Numbered from the stretch's first letter, positions 37,473-47,402 are shown. The stretch: 64,000 nucleotides of DNA from Anaerolineaceae bacterium UBA5211 (GCA_002412595.1 DHVJ01000015.1:144080-208079); one strand, 5' to 3'. The notes: generated from the letters alone by a model not told the origin. Translations and numbers: made by a program.

Positions 37473-38567
37473 TCAACGCCGAACGATGACCTTCTCACGG
37501 GTGATATCCACCAGACTGGCACAGTTGGCCAGCCGCATGATATTCTGCAGCTCCCAATAGATCTTCTGGGTATAGGTCGCCACGCCGTCCAATCCGCCGC
37601 CGTAAACCGCCACGGTGTACGGCCGGCCAATGCCGACTGCGTCCGCGCCTAATGCTAACATCTTGAACACATCCTCACCCGAGCGCACGCCGCCGTCCGC
37701 GAAAATCTTGAGCGCGCCGCCTACTTCGCGGCTGATCTCCTCGACCACATCGCAGGGCGCCAGGCTGCTCTCGACCACATTGCCGCCGTGGTTGGAAATG
37801 AGGATGCCGTAAGCGCCGGTTTCGGCTGCCTTGACCGCCGCTTTGACCGACATAATACCCTTGATGACCACCGGCACGCCCGCCGCCTGGACAAAATCCT
37901 TCAGCTCATCTACGTTTCGGGCGCAAACGCCCTCATTCTTGGCGCCAACTTTGCCGGAATACTGGTAGCCCAAGCCGATAGCGTCCAGGTCTGTAGCCAT
38001 GGCCATCACGCCCGCCTCACGGCACCACTGCACGCGCTTATCAAATTCCGCGCGGTCTGCCCAGGGTTTGATGGTCGGCACACCTACACCGTTGACTTCC
38101 TGGATGGGCGCGATCTGGCCGGGGAAATACCCCTCGGCTTTATTATCCCCCAACCAGGCCATACCACCGGCCTGATATGCTCCTTTAATAAGCGCATCGG
38201 CATAGGCATCATTGTTATTAAAAAACGGACTGTCGAAAGTGTAATCGGTGAGGATCTTGGCGATGGGGGATGCAAATACCGGCAGGTCAAACTGCCGGCC
38301 AAATAGCTCTATATTCATATCGGGGACGTAGTCATCGTGAATGACATCCAGCTCGATACGGATGTCCGCCAGCGCCTGGTAAGCATGTATGAAACCCAGG
38401 TTGTTGCCCTTGGCGCCGAATTCGAGTGCGTTGGTGTAACGCCCGGCGCAGGCAATGCCATTGCAGACTTTGCATACCCGGCAGGAGGGCACAAGCACCT
38501 TTCTGGCCGCTTCCTGGTATTGGGCATATTTCAATAAGACGTCTGAATAATTCGTGGAATGGTCCAT
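37473..38567 (-). CDS. FMN-dependent alpha-hydroxy-acid dehydrogenase-like protein (variant active site)
   Basis: N-terminal CRVCKVCNG.AC; PVFASP; IKGIM; SNHGGN; DGGVRSGEDV.K.LALGA.AV.IGRP. Confidence 0.85.
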   Translation of the reverse strand: MDHSTNYSDVLLKYAQYQEAARKVLVPSCRVCKVCNGIACAGRYTNALEFGAKGNNLGFIHAYQALADIRIELDVIHDDYVPDMNIELFGRQFDLPVFASPIAKILTDYTFDSPFFNNNDAYADALIKGAYQAGGMAWLGDNKAEGYFPGQIAPIQEVNGVGVPTIKPWADRAEFDKRVQWCREAGVMAMATDLDAIGLGYQYSGKVGAKNEGVCARNVDELKDFVQAAGVPVVIKGIMSVKAAVKAAETGAYGILISNHGGNVVESSLAPCDVVEEISREVGGALKIFADGGVRSGEDVFKMLALGADAVGIGRPYTVAVYGGGLDGVATYTQKIYWELQNIMRLANCASLVDITREKVIVRR

Positions 38568-38834
38568 CGTGCGCGCTCCTTAACAGTAAATGATTGAGTA
38601 AACAATACCCATTAATTATAGCGAAAGTTATCTCTACCTTTCACACAAGTAAGCACAAATTTCAAGTCATACCGCATTTGATAATGCAAAAATTTCGGTA
38701 TAATTTCTATATACGCAACTATTTTCAATATAGCAATTATTCCTATTATTTTCACACATCTTTGTTTTACAGGTACAATTACACAGCAAATAGAATTAGG
38801 AAAGCCATTAGAATAAACTGAGTGGAGGAACCAC

Positions 38835-39683
38835 ATGAAAACAACATTACTACTGGAAAATAACAGCCTGTTTGGGAAATATTTAAACTCGGAACATGGT
38901 TTCTCAGCATGGATTGAAGACGGTGATATCAAGATCCTTTATGATTGTGGATTTTCAGACAAATTCATTCACAATGCTGAAGCACTGGATATCGATTTAA
39001 GAACTGCGGATTACGTAGTGCTTTCCCACAGCCATCGCGACCATACCTGGGGATTGAAATATTTGTTGAAATACTACCGTGATACCGCCATGGCCCGAAA
39101 GCCAATCATGCTGGTTACCATGGAGGATTTCTTCTATAAAAAATACAACTTTGTGAAGAATCAGATTTCCAGTATCGATGTGGACAGGGATGTAATTGAA
39201 CAATATTTCGACTTGCGTATTACCCCCGATCCTCTTTGGTTGACCGACAACCTGTGCTATATGGGTGTTAACGAGTTGACCAACGATTTCGAACATAACG
39301 TACCGCAAGTTTCTAAGAAATTAAAGGACGGCGTGTACGTGGACGATGTGGTGGACGAAGATACACAATTCGCCTATAAGCACAAAAGCGGTAAAGAGGT
39401 CAGCATAGTAGCCGGCTGCGCCCATTATGGCATCTGCAACATTATGGAATACGCCAAAAGACTGACCGGCGCAAGCCAGGTACACACCTATCTGGGCGGC
39501 TCACACCTGCGCATCGATGAGGTGCCGCAATCCCAGGTGGACAAGACGGTCGATTACGTCAAGCAGCAGCATATCAAGAATTTCTACATCTGCCATGATA
39601 CCGATTTGCATTGCAAACTGGCTTTATGGAACGCCACCCCCAGTAAAGAAGCTGGTACGGGTTTGGTAATGGAATGCGAGTGA
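38835..39683 (+). CDS. MBL-fold metallohydrolase
   Basis: EHG.S.WIE, LYD.G, SHSHRDH..G, GCAH.GI.N, GG.H, CH.T; GGAGG RBS. Confidence 0.88.
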   Translation: MKTTLLLENNSLFGKYLNSEHGFSAWIEDGDIKILYDCGFSDKFIHNAEALDIDLRTADYVVLSHSHRDHTWGLKYLLKYYRDTAMARKPIMLVTMEDFFYKKYNFVKNQISSIDVDRDVIEQYFDLRITPDPLWLTDNLCYMGVNELTNDFEHNVPQVSKKLKDGVYVDDVVDEDTQFAYKHKSGKEVSIVAGCAHYGICNIMEYAKRLTGASQVHTYLGGSHLRIDEVPQSQVDKTVDYVKQQHIKNFYICHDTDLHCKLALWNATPSKEAGTGLVMECE

Positions 39684-39716
39684 TCGCAGCCATCCTCTCC
39701 CAGCACAGACCTATGA

Positions 39717-39752
39717 CAATCAGTCTGCTCAAATGAGCAGGCTGATTGCTTT
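39717..39752. terminator. Stem-loop between convergent MBL gene and mntH
   Basis: CAATCAGTCTGCTC-aaat-GAGCAGGCTGATTG (one G.U pair). Confidence 0.7.
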
Positions 39753-39783
39753 CCTCCTGTGTGAACTCCTCAAATTACAGCCT

Positions 39784-41148
39784 TTATGCAGGGAAAAATG
39801 TCGAATACAACAGGTAAACATTCAATACGGCTATGATCACTGCAATTCCCCAAGCCAGGGCTTTCAACCAGTTCGGGTTGGCGAATTCACCCATCAGGCG
39901 TTTGTCGCTGGTGAACTTGACCAGCGGAATAACGGCAAAGGAAAGCTGGACTGAGAGGATCACCTGCGACAACACCAGCAGCGATGTGGCGCTGCCTTCA
40001 CCATAATGCCAGATGACCAGGATGGCCGGCACAATCGCCAACGCGCGCGTGATGATACGCCGCAGCAGTGGGTTGATTTTGATGTCCAGGAACCCTTCCA
40101 TCACGATCTGCCCTGCCAAAGTGCCGGTCAGGGTGGAATTTTCACCCGAAGCCAACAACGCAATAGCGAAGAAAAGCCCGGCCAGGCTGGTGCCGAGCAG
40201 CGGGGACAGTAATTCATAAGCATCCTGAATTTGCGCCACATCCTGATGCCCTGTCGTATGAAAGGTGGCGCTGGCCAGCACCAAAATAGCAGCGTTTACG
40301 AACAACGCACCCATTAACGACCCGGTGGAATCAATGGTGCCGAAACGGATGGCTTCGCGCTTTCCCTCCGGCGTCAAATCAAACTTGCGCGTCTGAATAA
40401 TGGAGGAGTGCAGGTAAAGGTTATGCGGCATGACCGTCGCACCCAGAATACCAATGGCGATGTACAACATTTTCGGGTTGGTCACGATTTGCGCCTGCGG
40501 CACAAAGAAACCATTCAGCACCCCACTCCATTCGGGTTTAGCGAAGATCAATTCCGCCAGGAAACTCAATGATATAACCGCGATCAAGGCAGCCACCACT
40601 ACTTCGATGTAGCGAAAACTTTTCGAGTTCAGGAATAGAACCAGAAAAACATCCAGTGCCGTGATGAGAACACCCACAATCAATGGCAAGCCGAATAACA
40701 TCTGAATGGCCACCGCCGACCCGACCACCTCCGCCAGGTCGGTGGCGCTGATGGCAATTTCTGCCAGGATCCACAGCCCAAAGCCGACCGGTTTGCTGTA
40801 TTCATCCCGGCAGGTCTGGGCCAGGTCACGCCCGGTCACAATGCCTAGCTTCAAGGCCAGAGCTTGCAGCACAATCGCCATCAGGTTGGAGATGGCGATG
40901 ACAAACAGCAGGGAATACCCGAATTGAGCGCCGCCGGCCAGGTCGGTGGCCCAGTTGCCCGGGTCCATATACCCCACCGCCACCAGCAGCCCCGGTCCGG
41001 TGAAAGCCAACAGCATGCGCAAAAATGAAGAGCCGTGCGGAACGTCAATGGAACGGTGCACTTCCGACAGGCTGTAGGCATGTTGTTCTTCCTGGTTTTC
41101 TTCCGTGGCTATTTTTATCTTTTTTTCTTTTTCCTTTGTGCGTACCAT
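39784..41148 (-). CDS. mntH: Nramp-family Mn2+/Fe2+ transporter
   Basis: GYMDPGNW, GATVMPHNLYLHS, GQIVMEGF, SQV.LS.QL. Confidence 0.96.
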   Translation of the reverse strand: MVRTKEKEKKIKIATEENQEEQHAYSLSEVHRSIDVPHGSSFLRMLLAFTGPGLLVAVGYMDPGNWATDLAGGAQFGYSLLFVIAISNLMAIVLQALALKLGIVTGRDLAQTCRDEYSKPVGFGLWILAEIAISATDLAEVVGSAVAIQMLFGLPLIVGVLITALDVFLVLFLNSKSFRYIEVVVAALIAVISLSFLAELIFAKPEWSGVLNGFFVPQAQIVTNPKMLYIAIGILGATVMPHNLYLHSSIIQTRKFDLTPEGKREAIRFGTIDSTGSLMGALFVNAAILVLASATFHTTGHQDVAQIQDAYELLSPLLGTSLAGLFFAIALLASGENSTLTGTLAGQIVMEGFLDIKINPLLRRIITRALAIVPAILVIWHYGEGSATSLLVLSQVILSVQLSFAVIPLVKFTSDKRLMGEFANPNWLKALAWGIAVIIAVLNVYLLYSTFFPA

Positions 41149-41177
41149 GTTCTTGTTATCTCGATTTCTATTTGCAA

Positions 41178-41858
41178 TTATGTAGGGGTTTCACCTTCGC
41201 CTTTATCAAATCTTTTCACAAAAATCTGGCTGGCGCTGGTCTGACCCAGAGTGCAGATTCCGTTGGAAACCCGCAGCGATATAAGGCCATCAATCGGTTC
41301 AATAGCCATGACCTCAATATGGGTGCCTGGAATAAGCTGAAGCTGGTTCAAGTGAGTTAGTAACTCCGGGTTACGATCAGGTACTTCCAGGATCTCAGCT
41401 TGTTCTCTGGCCATCAGGTCAGACAAGCGTAATCTTTCCACGCGTGTCACCTGTCCGGATGAGGATGGAATGGGCGCGCCGTGCGGATCCACCTCTGGAT
41501 GTCCTAGGGCTTCATCGATGCGCTCCTCCACATAGTCAGAGAGGGCATGTTCTAATCTTTCCGCTTCCACGTGCACCTGTTCCCAGGGCACCTTCAAAAC
41601 TTGCACCAGGTAGGTTTCCAAAAGGCGGTGGCGGCGGATTACCTGCAGGGCGATCTTGCGCCCTGCCTCGGTCAGACCGACACCTTGGTAAGGGGCATAA
41701 TTTACCCAGCCGTGCACCGCTAGCTTCTTGAGCATACCAGTGATGGTAGCTGGCGAGTAACCGAATCGTTCCGCCAGCATAGAAGTGGTCACCTGTTGCT
41801 GATCCTGTTCCAGGGTGTAGATTTCTTTGAGGTAATTCTCGTCCGCTTCAGTTCTCAT
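41178..41858 (-). CDS. mntR: DtxR/MntR family metal-dependent regulator with FeoA domain
   Basis: ENYLK.IY, R.HRL.E.YL, EAE.LEH.LS, P..DPHG.PIP; C-terminal SH3/FeoA-like domain. Confidence 0.92.
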   Translation of the reverse strand: MRTEADENYLKEIYTLEQDQQQVTTSMLAERFGYSPATITGMLKKLAVHGWVNYAPYQGVGLTEAGRKIALQVIRRHRLLETYLVQVLKVPWEQVHVEAERLEHALSDYVEERIDEALGHPEVDPHGAPIPSSSGQVTRVERLRLSDLMAREQAEILEVPDRNPELLTHLNQLQLIPGTHIEVMAIEPIDGLISLRVSNGICTLGQTSASQIFVKRFDKGEGETPT

Positions 41859-41878
41859 AGTCTTTCCTAATATATATT

Positions 41879-41892
41879 TTAGGCTATCCTAA
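41879..41892. promoter_or_regulatory. DtxR/MntR(SirR)-type operator
   Basis: TTAGG-ctat-CCTAA palindrome 20 nt upstream of the mntR start, overlapping a TAAAAT -10 on the minus strand. Confidence 0.8.
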
Positions 41893-42119
41893 TTTTAATT
41901 TTCATTCTACCACTTTTTATTAAATAAATGGAAGTTTTATCTCTACTGCATCTTGTCCAAATCCTTTTTATGAACCTGGCAATTTCTTTTCTGATGAAAC
42001 ACAAAATTATGAATCCTGTCGATTGTTTATTAACGCGAATTAATCTGTATAATAATCTTATATGTTTATTTTTCTTGCATATTAACATGTGAAAATCAAA
42101 AGTTCTAAGGTTGGTAGAA

Positions 42120-43280
42120 ATGAAAAAAGCATTTAAGCTGAAATGCTTGGGAATCCTAATGCTGATCATCATCGCCTCCACTCCTCTTCCTCAATCACAG
42201 GAAAACCCAAAAATAATCGACGATTTTGAAAAATATTCAAGTGACAAAGCTGTCCAGACAGCATATAGTGTCTGGACTGATGGTGCTTTGCTGGATGTTC
42301 TCCTTCAAGAGCAATCAGGCAATCAATCCATGCGGGTGGATATTATTTCACCCAACTTGTCCAATCAATCTACGAACGGGTCGATTTATCACGTTTTGTC
42401 CGGCAGCCAGCGGAATTGGTCGGGCACTTCTGCAGTGCGCTTCTGGATTGATAATTCTTTCAACCAAACCTTATTACTTTCTTTTAATTTTAAAGAGGCT
42501 TACAACGAGTACTGGGCTGTGGCAAACCAGGGAGTTTTTTTCCTTCAGGACGAAGACGGCAATTTGTTTCAGAAGGAAATTGAATATGGTAATCTGCCCA
42601 TTCAAGCAAATTACCAGGGCTGGATAATCATTCCTTTCCTCAGCTTCGCGGTACCGGATTGGAGCACCGCCCGCGGTGACCGTGTTATGGACCTGGCGCA
42701 TATCGAGTCGCTTGCTATTTCAGTCAATATCGGCAATGAATATCCCCGTTCATTTTCTTTTGATGACATTGAAATCCTGCTGCTCACAGATATCAAGACC
42801 CTGGATATCCAAGGCTCACGCAGCGTTCAAATTCCAGCATCGGGCGAGCAACATGAACCCTATAGCGCCCTGCTGGTTTCGCCGGAGGATGCCACATCAA
42901 AACCTGTGGATGTCCAATGGTCATTGGCCGAGTCCCAAGATACCCAGATTTCCATAGATAAAAGCGGGCATCTGATCATTCCTTCTATTACTCAACCGGG
43001 CAATGTAATCATCAGCGCAACCTTCCCATCCACAACAAACCCCATTACAAAAGAGATTACCGTCCAATTGACCGGTGGTCAGCTAACGCCAACCGAAACT
43101 GCGGCTGTATCATCCGCAACCGCCATCCCAGTCCAGCCGACAATCTCCTCATACGATCAGTTCTCGCAGAACTTCGAAGTATGGGCGGCCCAGAACCGTC
43201 CGCTCTTTGTGCTTCTTGCAGTCGGCGCTGTTTTGCTGATTCTTGTCCTATTAACCCTATTCCAGCGCCGTCTCAAATAA
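42120..43280 (+). CDS. Secreted CBM11/CIA30-like + Ig-like protein with BcsB-like C-terminal membrane anchor
   Basis: Signal peptide; IIDDFE ... NWS...VRFWI ... W..IPF.SF..PDW ... D..I ... FDDI (galactose-binding-like fold); V.WS...I...G.L (Ig-like); Thr/Pro linker; FEVWAAQNRPLF + TM + RRLK. Confidence 0.7.
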   Translation: MKKAFKLKCLGILMLIIIASTPLPQSQENPKIIDDFEKYSSDKAVQTAYSVWTDGALLDVLLQEQSGNQSMRVDIISPNLSNQSTNGSIYHVLSGSQRNWSGTSAVRFWIDNSFNQTLLLSFNFKEAYNEYWAVANQGVFFLQDEDGNLFQKEIEYGNLPIQANYQGWIIIPFLSFAVPDWSTARGDRVMDLAHIESLAISVNIGNEYPRSFSFDDIEILLLTDIKTLDIQGSRSVQIPASGEQHEPYSALLVSPEDATSKPVDVQWSLAESQDTQISIDKSGHLIIPSITQPGNVIISATFPSTTNPITKEITVQLTGGQLTPTETAAVSSATAIPVQPTISSYDQFSQNFEVWAAQNRPLFVLLAVGAVLLILVLLTLFQRRLK

Positions 43281-43292
43281 ACGGTAAAAAAA

Positions 43293-45290
43293 ATGTTTGG
43301 AACAACGCTTGACCTAATAGTAATTGGCCAGAAGATGATCCTTTTAGCAGGCATCCTTCTTTTCATCATAATTTTCGCACTGATTGTCCGTAAAAACCGA
43401 AAGCTGCTCAAATACTTTATCGCGCTTGCCATTTTGATCCAGGTGGTCTATATGCTCTGGCGCGCAATCTTCACCATCCCGACACATAATTTGGTGGGTC
43501 TCATTTTCGGATCGCTTTTATTCCTGGCAGAACTTTTTGCCTTAATCCAATCGACCACTCACCGGCTAATGTTCATGAGGGATTACCATCAGGAAGTCAA
43601 AGATTTGAGTGTTTTCAAAGAACTTCCCTCGGTGGATATTCTGATCGCCACTTACAACGAACCGGTCGAAATTCTGCGCAACACCATCGCAGCCGCGGTC
43701 AGCCAGAACTATCCACGGGACAAATTCAAGGTATTTGTCTGCGATGACGGCAAGCGTGAAGAGGTACGCCAGTTGACTGAGGAATATGGAGCTGTGTGGG
43801 CCATTCGCGATGACCATAACAACGCCAAAGCCGGCAATTTGAACAACTGTCTAAAGCATTATGCCAACGGCGAATTGTTCGTTGTCTTTGATGCCGATAT
43901 GATTGCTAAAACCACTTTTTTAGAAAAAACGGTGGGCTATTTTATTGACCCTGAAATGTCACTGGTACAGGCGCCCCAGGTATTCTATAATCCCGACCCT
44001 TTTCAAAACAATTTGCAGCTCTATAACGTCATTCCCAATGAGCAGGACTTTTTCATGCGCGAAGTTCTCGCCCGCCGGGGAATGTTCAATGCCGTATTGA
44101 ATGTCGGCAGCAATGCCATTTTTCGCCGTTCCGCCATTGATGCGATCGGTATGATCCCGGTCGGCACCATCACCGAAGATATGGCCACCAGTATGCTGCT
44201 GCAAGCAAAAGGGTATAAAACAATTTTCGTCAATGAAAATCTAGCCATGGGGTTGGCACCTGAATCCTTCTCGGATTATGTCACTCAACGCGACCGTTGG
44301 TGCCGAGGCAATATTCAGGTCTTTAAGAAATGGAACCCGCTCACCATGCCCGGCCTTACCTTTATGCAGCGCTTGATCTATTTTGATGGTGTTTTGTACT
44401 GGTTCTTTGGTTTGCAGAAAATTGGTTATACCATCGGCCCAATCCTTTTTCTATTGACCGGCATTGCTGTTTTCTATTCAGACATCTTCACCATGATGCT
44501 ATTCTTTGTCCCCACATATTACATTTCATCATTAATTTTCACCCTCTTTAATCACAAAAATCGCACATACGTCTGGGCGCATATTTATGAAACCGCCCTG
44601 GCGCCATTTCTGACCGTTTCAGCTTTATCGGAGCTCTTTTTTTCAAATAAAGTTAAATTTTCCGTGACGCCCAAAGGCGGAAATACCGATAAAACCCATT
44701 TCGCTTTCCGGGTCGGCCTGCCGCATATCATCCTATTGATACTCAGCCTGATCGCACTCGGATTTGGCATTTCGAAATTGTTGACTGATACCAACTACAT
44801 GATCCCGGTCTACCTGGTCAACTTATTCTGGCTTCTCTACAACATGATTGCCATCATCATCGCGATAATCGCCTGTTTTGAAAAACAACGCGTGCGCACT
44901 TCCGAACGCTTTGTGATAAAGGATAAATTGAATCTCCTGCTCGAATCCGGCCAGGTCGTCTCAGTGAATTTGATTGATATCTCAATGAAAGGCTGTGCTT
45001 TGGCGCCATCCGTGCCGCTCGATAACCCGGATCAATTTGTCGGCAGCCATGTCACCCTTAAACATGGAACCCTGAACCTTCCGGGGGTGTTCTACCGCAG
45101 CCGCTCATGGGGGCAGAAGATCATTATCAATTTCTCGCCGCTATCCAACGAGCAACTTACCCATCTGGTAAACTATATTTTTGATAGCCAGGAAAACGGA
45201 TACGGTGGTTTCAATGAAAAGAGTGTCAATTTTATGGGGAGCCTGCGCGAGATCATATCAAAATGGTGGAAAACCATCCTGCAAAGATAA
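43293..45290 (+). CDS. bcsA: BcsA/CcsA-like GT2 glucan synthase with PilZ domain
   Basis: VDILIATYNE, DDG.R, AKAGNLN, FDAD, QAPQ.FYN.D, TED, QRDRW, F.VTPK; PilZ RTSER and DISMKG. Confidence 0.9.
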   Translation: MFGTTLDLIVIGQKMILLAGILLFIIIFALIVRKNRKLLKYFIALAILIQVVYMLWRAIFTIPTHNLVGLIFGSLLFLAELFALIQSTTHRLMFMRDYHQEVKDLSVFKELPSVDILIATYNEPVEILRNTIAAAVSQNYPRDKFKVFVCDDGKREEVRQLTEEYGAVWAIRDDHNNAKAGNLNNCLKHYANGELFVVFDADMIAKTTFLEKTVGYFIDPEMSLVQAPQVFYNPDPFQNNLQLYNVIPNEQDFFMREVLARRGMFNAVLNVGSNAIFRRSAIDAIGMIPVGTITEDMATSMLLQAKGYKTIFVNENLAMGLAPESFSDYVTQRDRWCRGNIQVFKKWNPLTMPGLTFMQRLIYFDGVLYWFFGLQKIGYTIGPILFLLTGIAVFYSDIFTMMLFFVPTYYISSLIFTLFNHKNRTYVWAHIYETALAPFLTVSALSELFFSNKVKFSVTPKGGNTDKTHFAFRVGLPHIILLILSLIALGFGISKLLTDTNYMIPVYLVNLFWLLYNMIAIIIAIIACFEKQRVRTSERFVIKDKLNLLLESGQVVSVNLIDISMKGCALAPSVPLDNPDQFVGSHVTLKHGTLNLPGVFYRSRSWGQKIIINFSPLSNEQLTHLVNYIFDSQENGYGGFNEKSVNFMGSLREIISKWWKTILQR

Positions 45291-46324
45291 TGAAACACTA
45301 TTACAAAATTGGATTATTAATCACGATAGCCATGGCCATACAAAGTTGTGGAAATAACACACAAAACAACTCATCAGATAGCTCTGTTGAATCCCGCGCA
45401 TTTGGAACATCTGCCGCCATGCAAGGTATAAATCTCGGCAACGCGCTGGATTCACCCACCCCCGGAGAATGGGGCTTGACCATTCAACCGCAATACTTTG
45501 AATCCATAAAAGATGCTGGTTTTAATGCTGTCCGCATACCGGTGCGTTTTTCAGCGCATGCGGATAATGATTTCCCCTATCTGATCGACCCTGATTTCAT
45601 GCTGCTGGTAGATTCGGTGGTTCGTCAGGGGCTTTCCAACGGTTTGATTGTTATCCTGGACATGCATCATTATGATGAGATCATGCTTGATCCAGCCAGC
45701 CAGCGCGATCGTTACCTGGCGATGTGGAAACAGTTGGCTGAATATTTTGAGGGGTTTTCTTCAAACCTCTACTTTGAAATTCTGAATGAACCCAATGGGC
45801 AGATGGATGCCGCCACCTGGAATGCATTATCCGCGGATTGCATACAAACCATCCGTGAAAGTAATCCCAAACGCCGGTTGTTAGCGGGCGGCGTTGATTA
45901 CAACAGCATTGATGCGCTCGAACAGTTGGTTCTGCCAGCCGATAAAAATCTGACGGCGGTCGTCCATTTTTACCTGCCTTTCGAATTTACGCATCAGGGA
46001 GCCTCCTGGGTGGAAGGATCGACCCAATGGATTGGCACCACCTGGGACGAAAATCCGGCAGAGCAGCAAGCCATAACCACCCAGCTGGATCGCGCGGCAG
46101 CCTGGTCGATGCAAAATCAAATCCCCCTGGTTATGACAGAATTTGGCTCGATCTCCAGCGCAGATGCCGCCTCCCGCCAGAGGTGGACAGCTTTCCTGGC
46201 ACGGGAGACTGAAAAGCGTAATATTGGTTGGTTCTATTGGGAATTCTGCTCAGAATTTGGCGTTTATGCCTGCGAACAGGGGCAATGGGATCCGGATATG
46301 CTGGAAGCTTTGATTAATCCTTAG
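45290..46324 (+). CDS. GH5 endoglucanase, lipoprotein
   Basis: Lipobox IQSC; GINLGNAL..P..GEWG, GF..VRIPV, DMHH, FEILNEP, H.Y.PF.FTHQGA.W, TEFG, YWEF; TAATG overlap with synthase. Confidence 0.92.
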   Translation: MKHYYKIGLLITIAMAIQSCGNNTQNNSSDSSVESRAFGTSAAMQGINLGNALDSPTPGEWGLTIQPQYFESIKDAGFNAVRIPVRFSAHADNDFPYLIDPDFMLLVDSVVRQGLSNGLIVILDMHHYDEIMLDPASQRDRYLAMWKQLAEYFEGFSSNLYFEILNEPNGQMDAATWNALSADCIQTIRESNPKRRLLAGGVDYNSIDALEQLVLPADKNLTAVVHFYLPFEFTHQGASWVEGSTQWIGTTWDENPAEQQAITTQLDRAAAWSMQNQIPLVMTEFGSISSADAASRQRWTAFLARETEKRNIGWFYWEFCSEFGVYACEQGQWDPDMLEALINP

Positions 46325-46403
46325 GGTGAAAAACCTGCGATTATTAGATTTTTAGGTCCGCCAGATGCATTATCAGTGAGCGCCAATCATTCGGTGAAAT
46401 TTT

Positions 46404-47333
46404 TCATAATTCTCTAACAGATTTTTTGACCAGAGAAAACCGATCTTTTTTTGCAGAGAAATCTGCCTTTAATTTGTTCAAAGCGCCAATTTCCTCAACG
46501 ATGTAGGAAGAAGAAACTGTCCCTTGGCAGGCAGATAAGACCGCATCCCCAGTTTCAATGAATGCCTTGAGAAAGCCGCCGCAATAAGCATCTCCTGCTC
46601 CGGTCGGGTCCTTGGTATTGCTGGGAAAAACAGGAACATGGTAAAAAATGCCGCTGCTTTTGTCATACACAATCGACCCATCCGTGCTCATTTTCACCGC
46701 CACAACCGCGGGGCCTCTGGATGCAAACTCTTTTATGCAGGCATAAATATCCCGCTCACCACACATCGCGCTGACTTCCTCTTTGCTGGGTAAAAACAGA
46801 TCGACCATTTCAAGCATCTCATATGCCATTTTGTTAAAATTCGGCTGAGACAGGTAATATTCATGCGGGTCCCAGGAAACAACCGTATTCTTCTTCTTGT
46901 TTTGATGAACGGCTTTGATAATATCGTACTGAACATCCGTCGGCATCGGCGCCACATGAATTCCATCAACATCCCAACAGCCTTGCGGTAATTCAGCCGC
47001 TGTGATGGACATATCGTAATGGGAGCCGGAGGTCATGTGGTTTACGAACTGCCGCGCACCGCCCGGCTCATAAAGGGCCCAGTTGCGGATATCATTGTGC
47101 GCCACTGAAACCAAAGCTGTCTCAATGCCAAGTTCCTTGACTTGCTGTTTAAACTCTTGGGGAAAACTTTTTCCAATCCTGGAAACAATGATTGGAGCAG
47201 CGTCCCAGATCTTTGCGCCGATGGCGGAAAAAAGCGCATTTCCCCCGATAGAGGCCAAATACATTTCCGCTGTATCGCTTAGGACAATGTCATCAATGGT
47301 CAAATTACCAATGGCTGTGATCATCGTATTCAT
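46404..47333 (-). CDS. PfkB family carbohydrate kinase
   Basis: G..TIDD; GGN...SAIGA; F.PS.EE; VK....GS; DPTGAGDAYCGGF. Confidence 0.9.
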   Translation of the reverse strand: MNTMITAIGNLTIDDIVLSDTAEMYLASIGGNALFSAIGAKIWDAAPIIVSRIGKSFPQEFKQQVKELGIETALVSVAHNDIRNWALYEPGGARQFVNHMTSGSHYDMSITAAELPQGCWDVDGIHVAPMPTDVQYDIIKAVHQNKKKNTVVSWDPHEYYLSQPNFNKMAYEMLEMVDLFLPSKEEVSAMCGERDIYACIKEFASRGPAVVAVKMSTDGSIVYDKSSGIFYHVPVFPSNTKDPTGAGDAYCGGFLKAFIETGDAVLSACQGTVSSSYIVEEIGALNKLKADFSAKKDRFSLVKKSVREL

Positions 47334-47402
47334 GATATGAATTTATAAATATCAACTAATCTGTTATGGATTGAAAAGAATTTGTGCATGGCTCTTTTTC
47401 GC

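Noticed and set aside
38568..38834. Short ORFs in AT-rich spacers (also 41879-42181, 23192-23392)
   Set aside because: Divergent promoter regions; low-complexity translations.
41893..42119. Possible c-di-GMP riboswitch upstream of the synthase operon
   Set aside because: No GEMM-like stems or GCAAA/GAAA tetraloop-receptor pattern visible.
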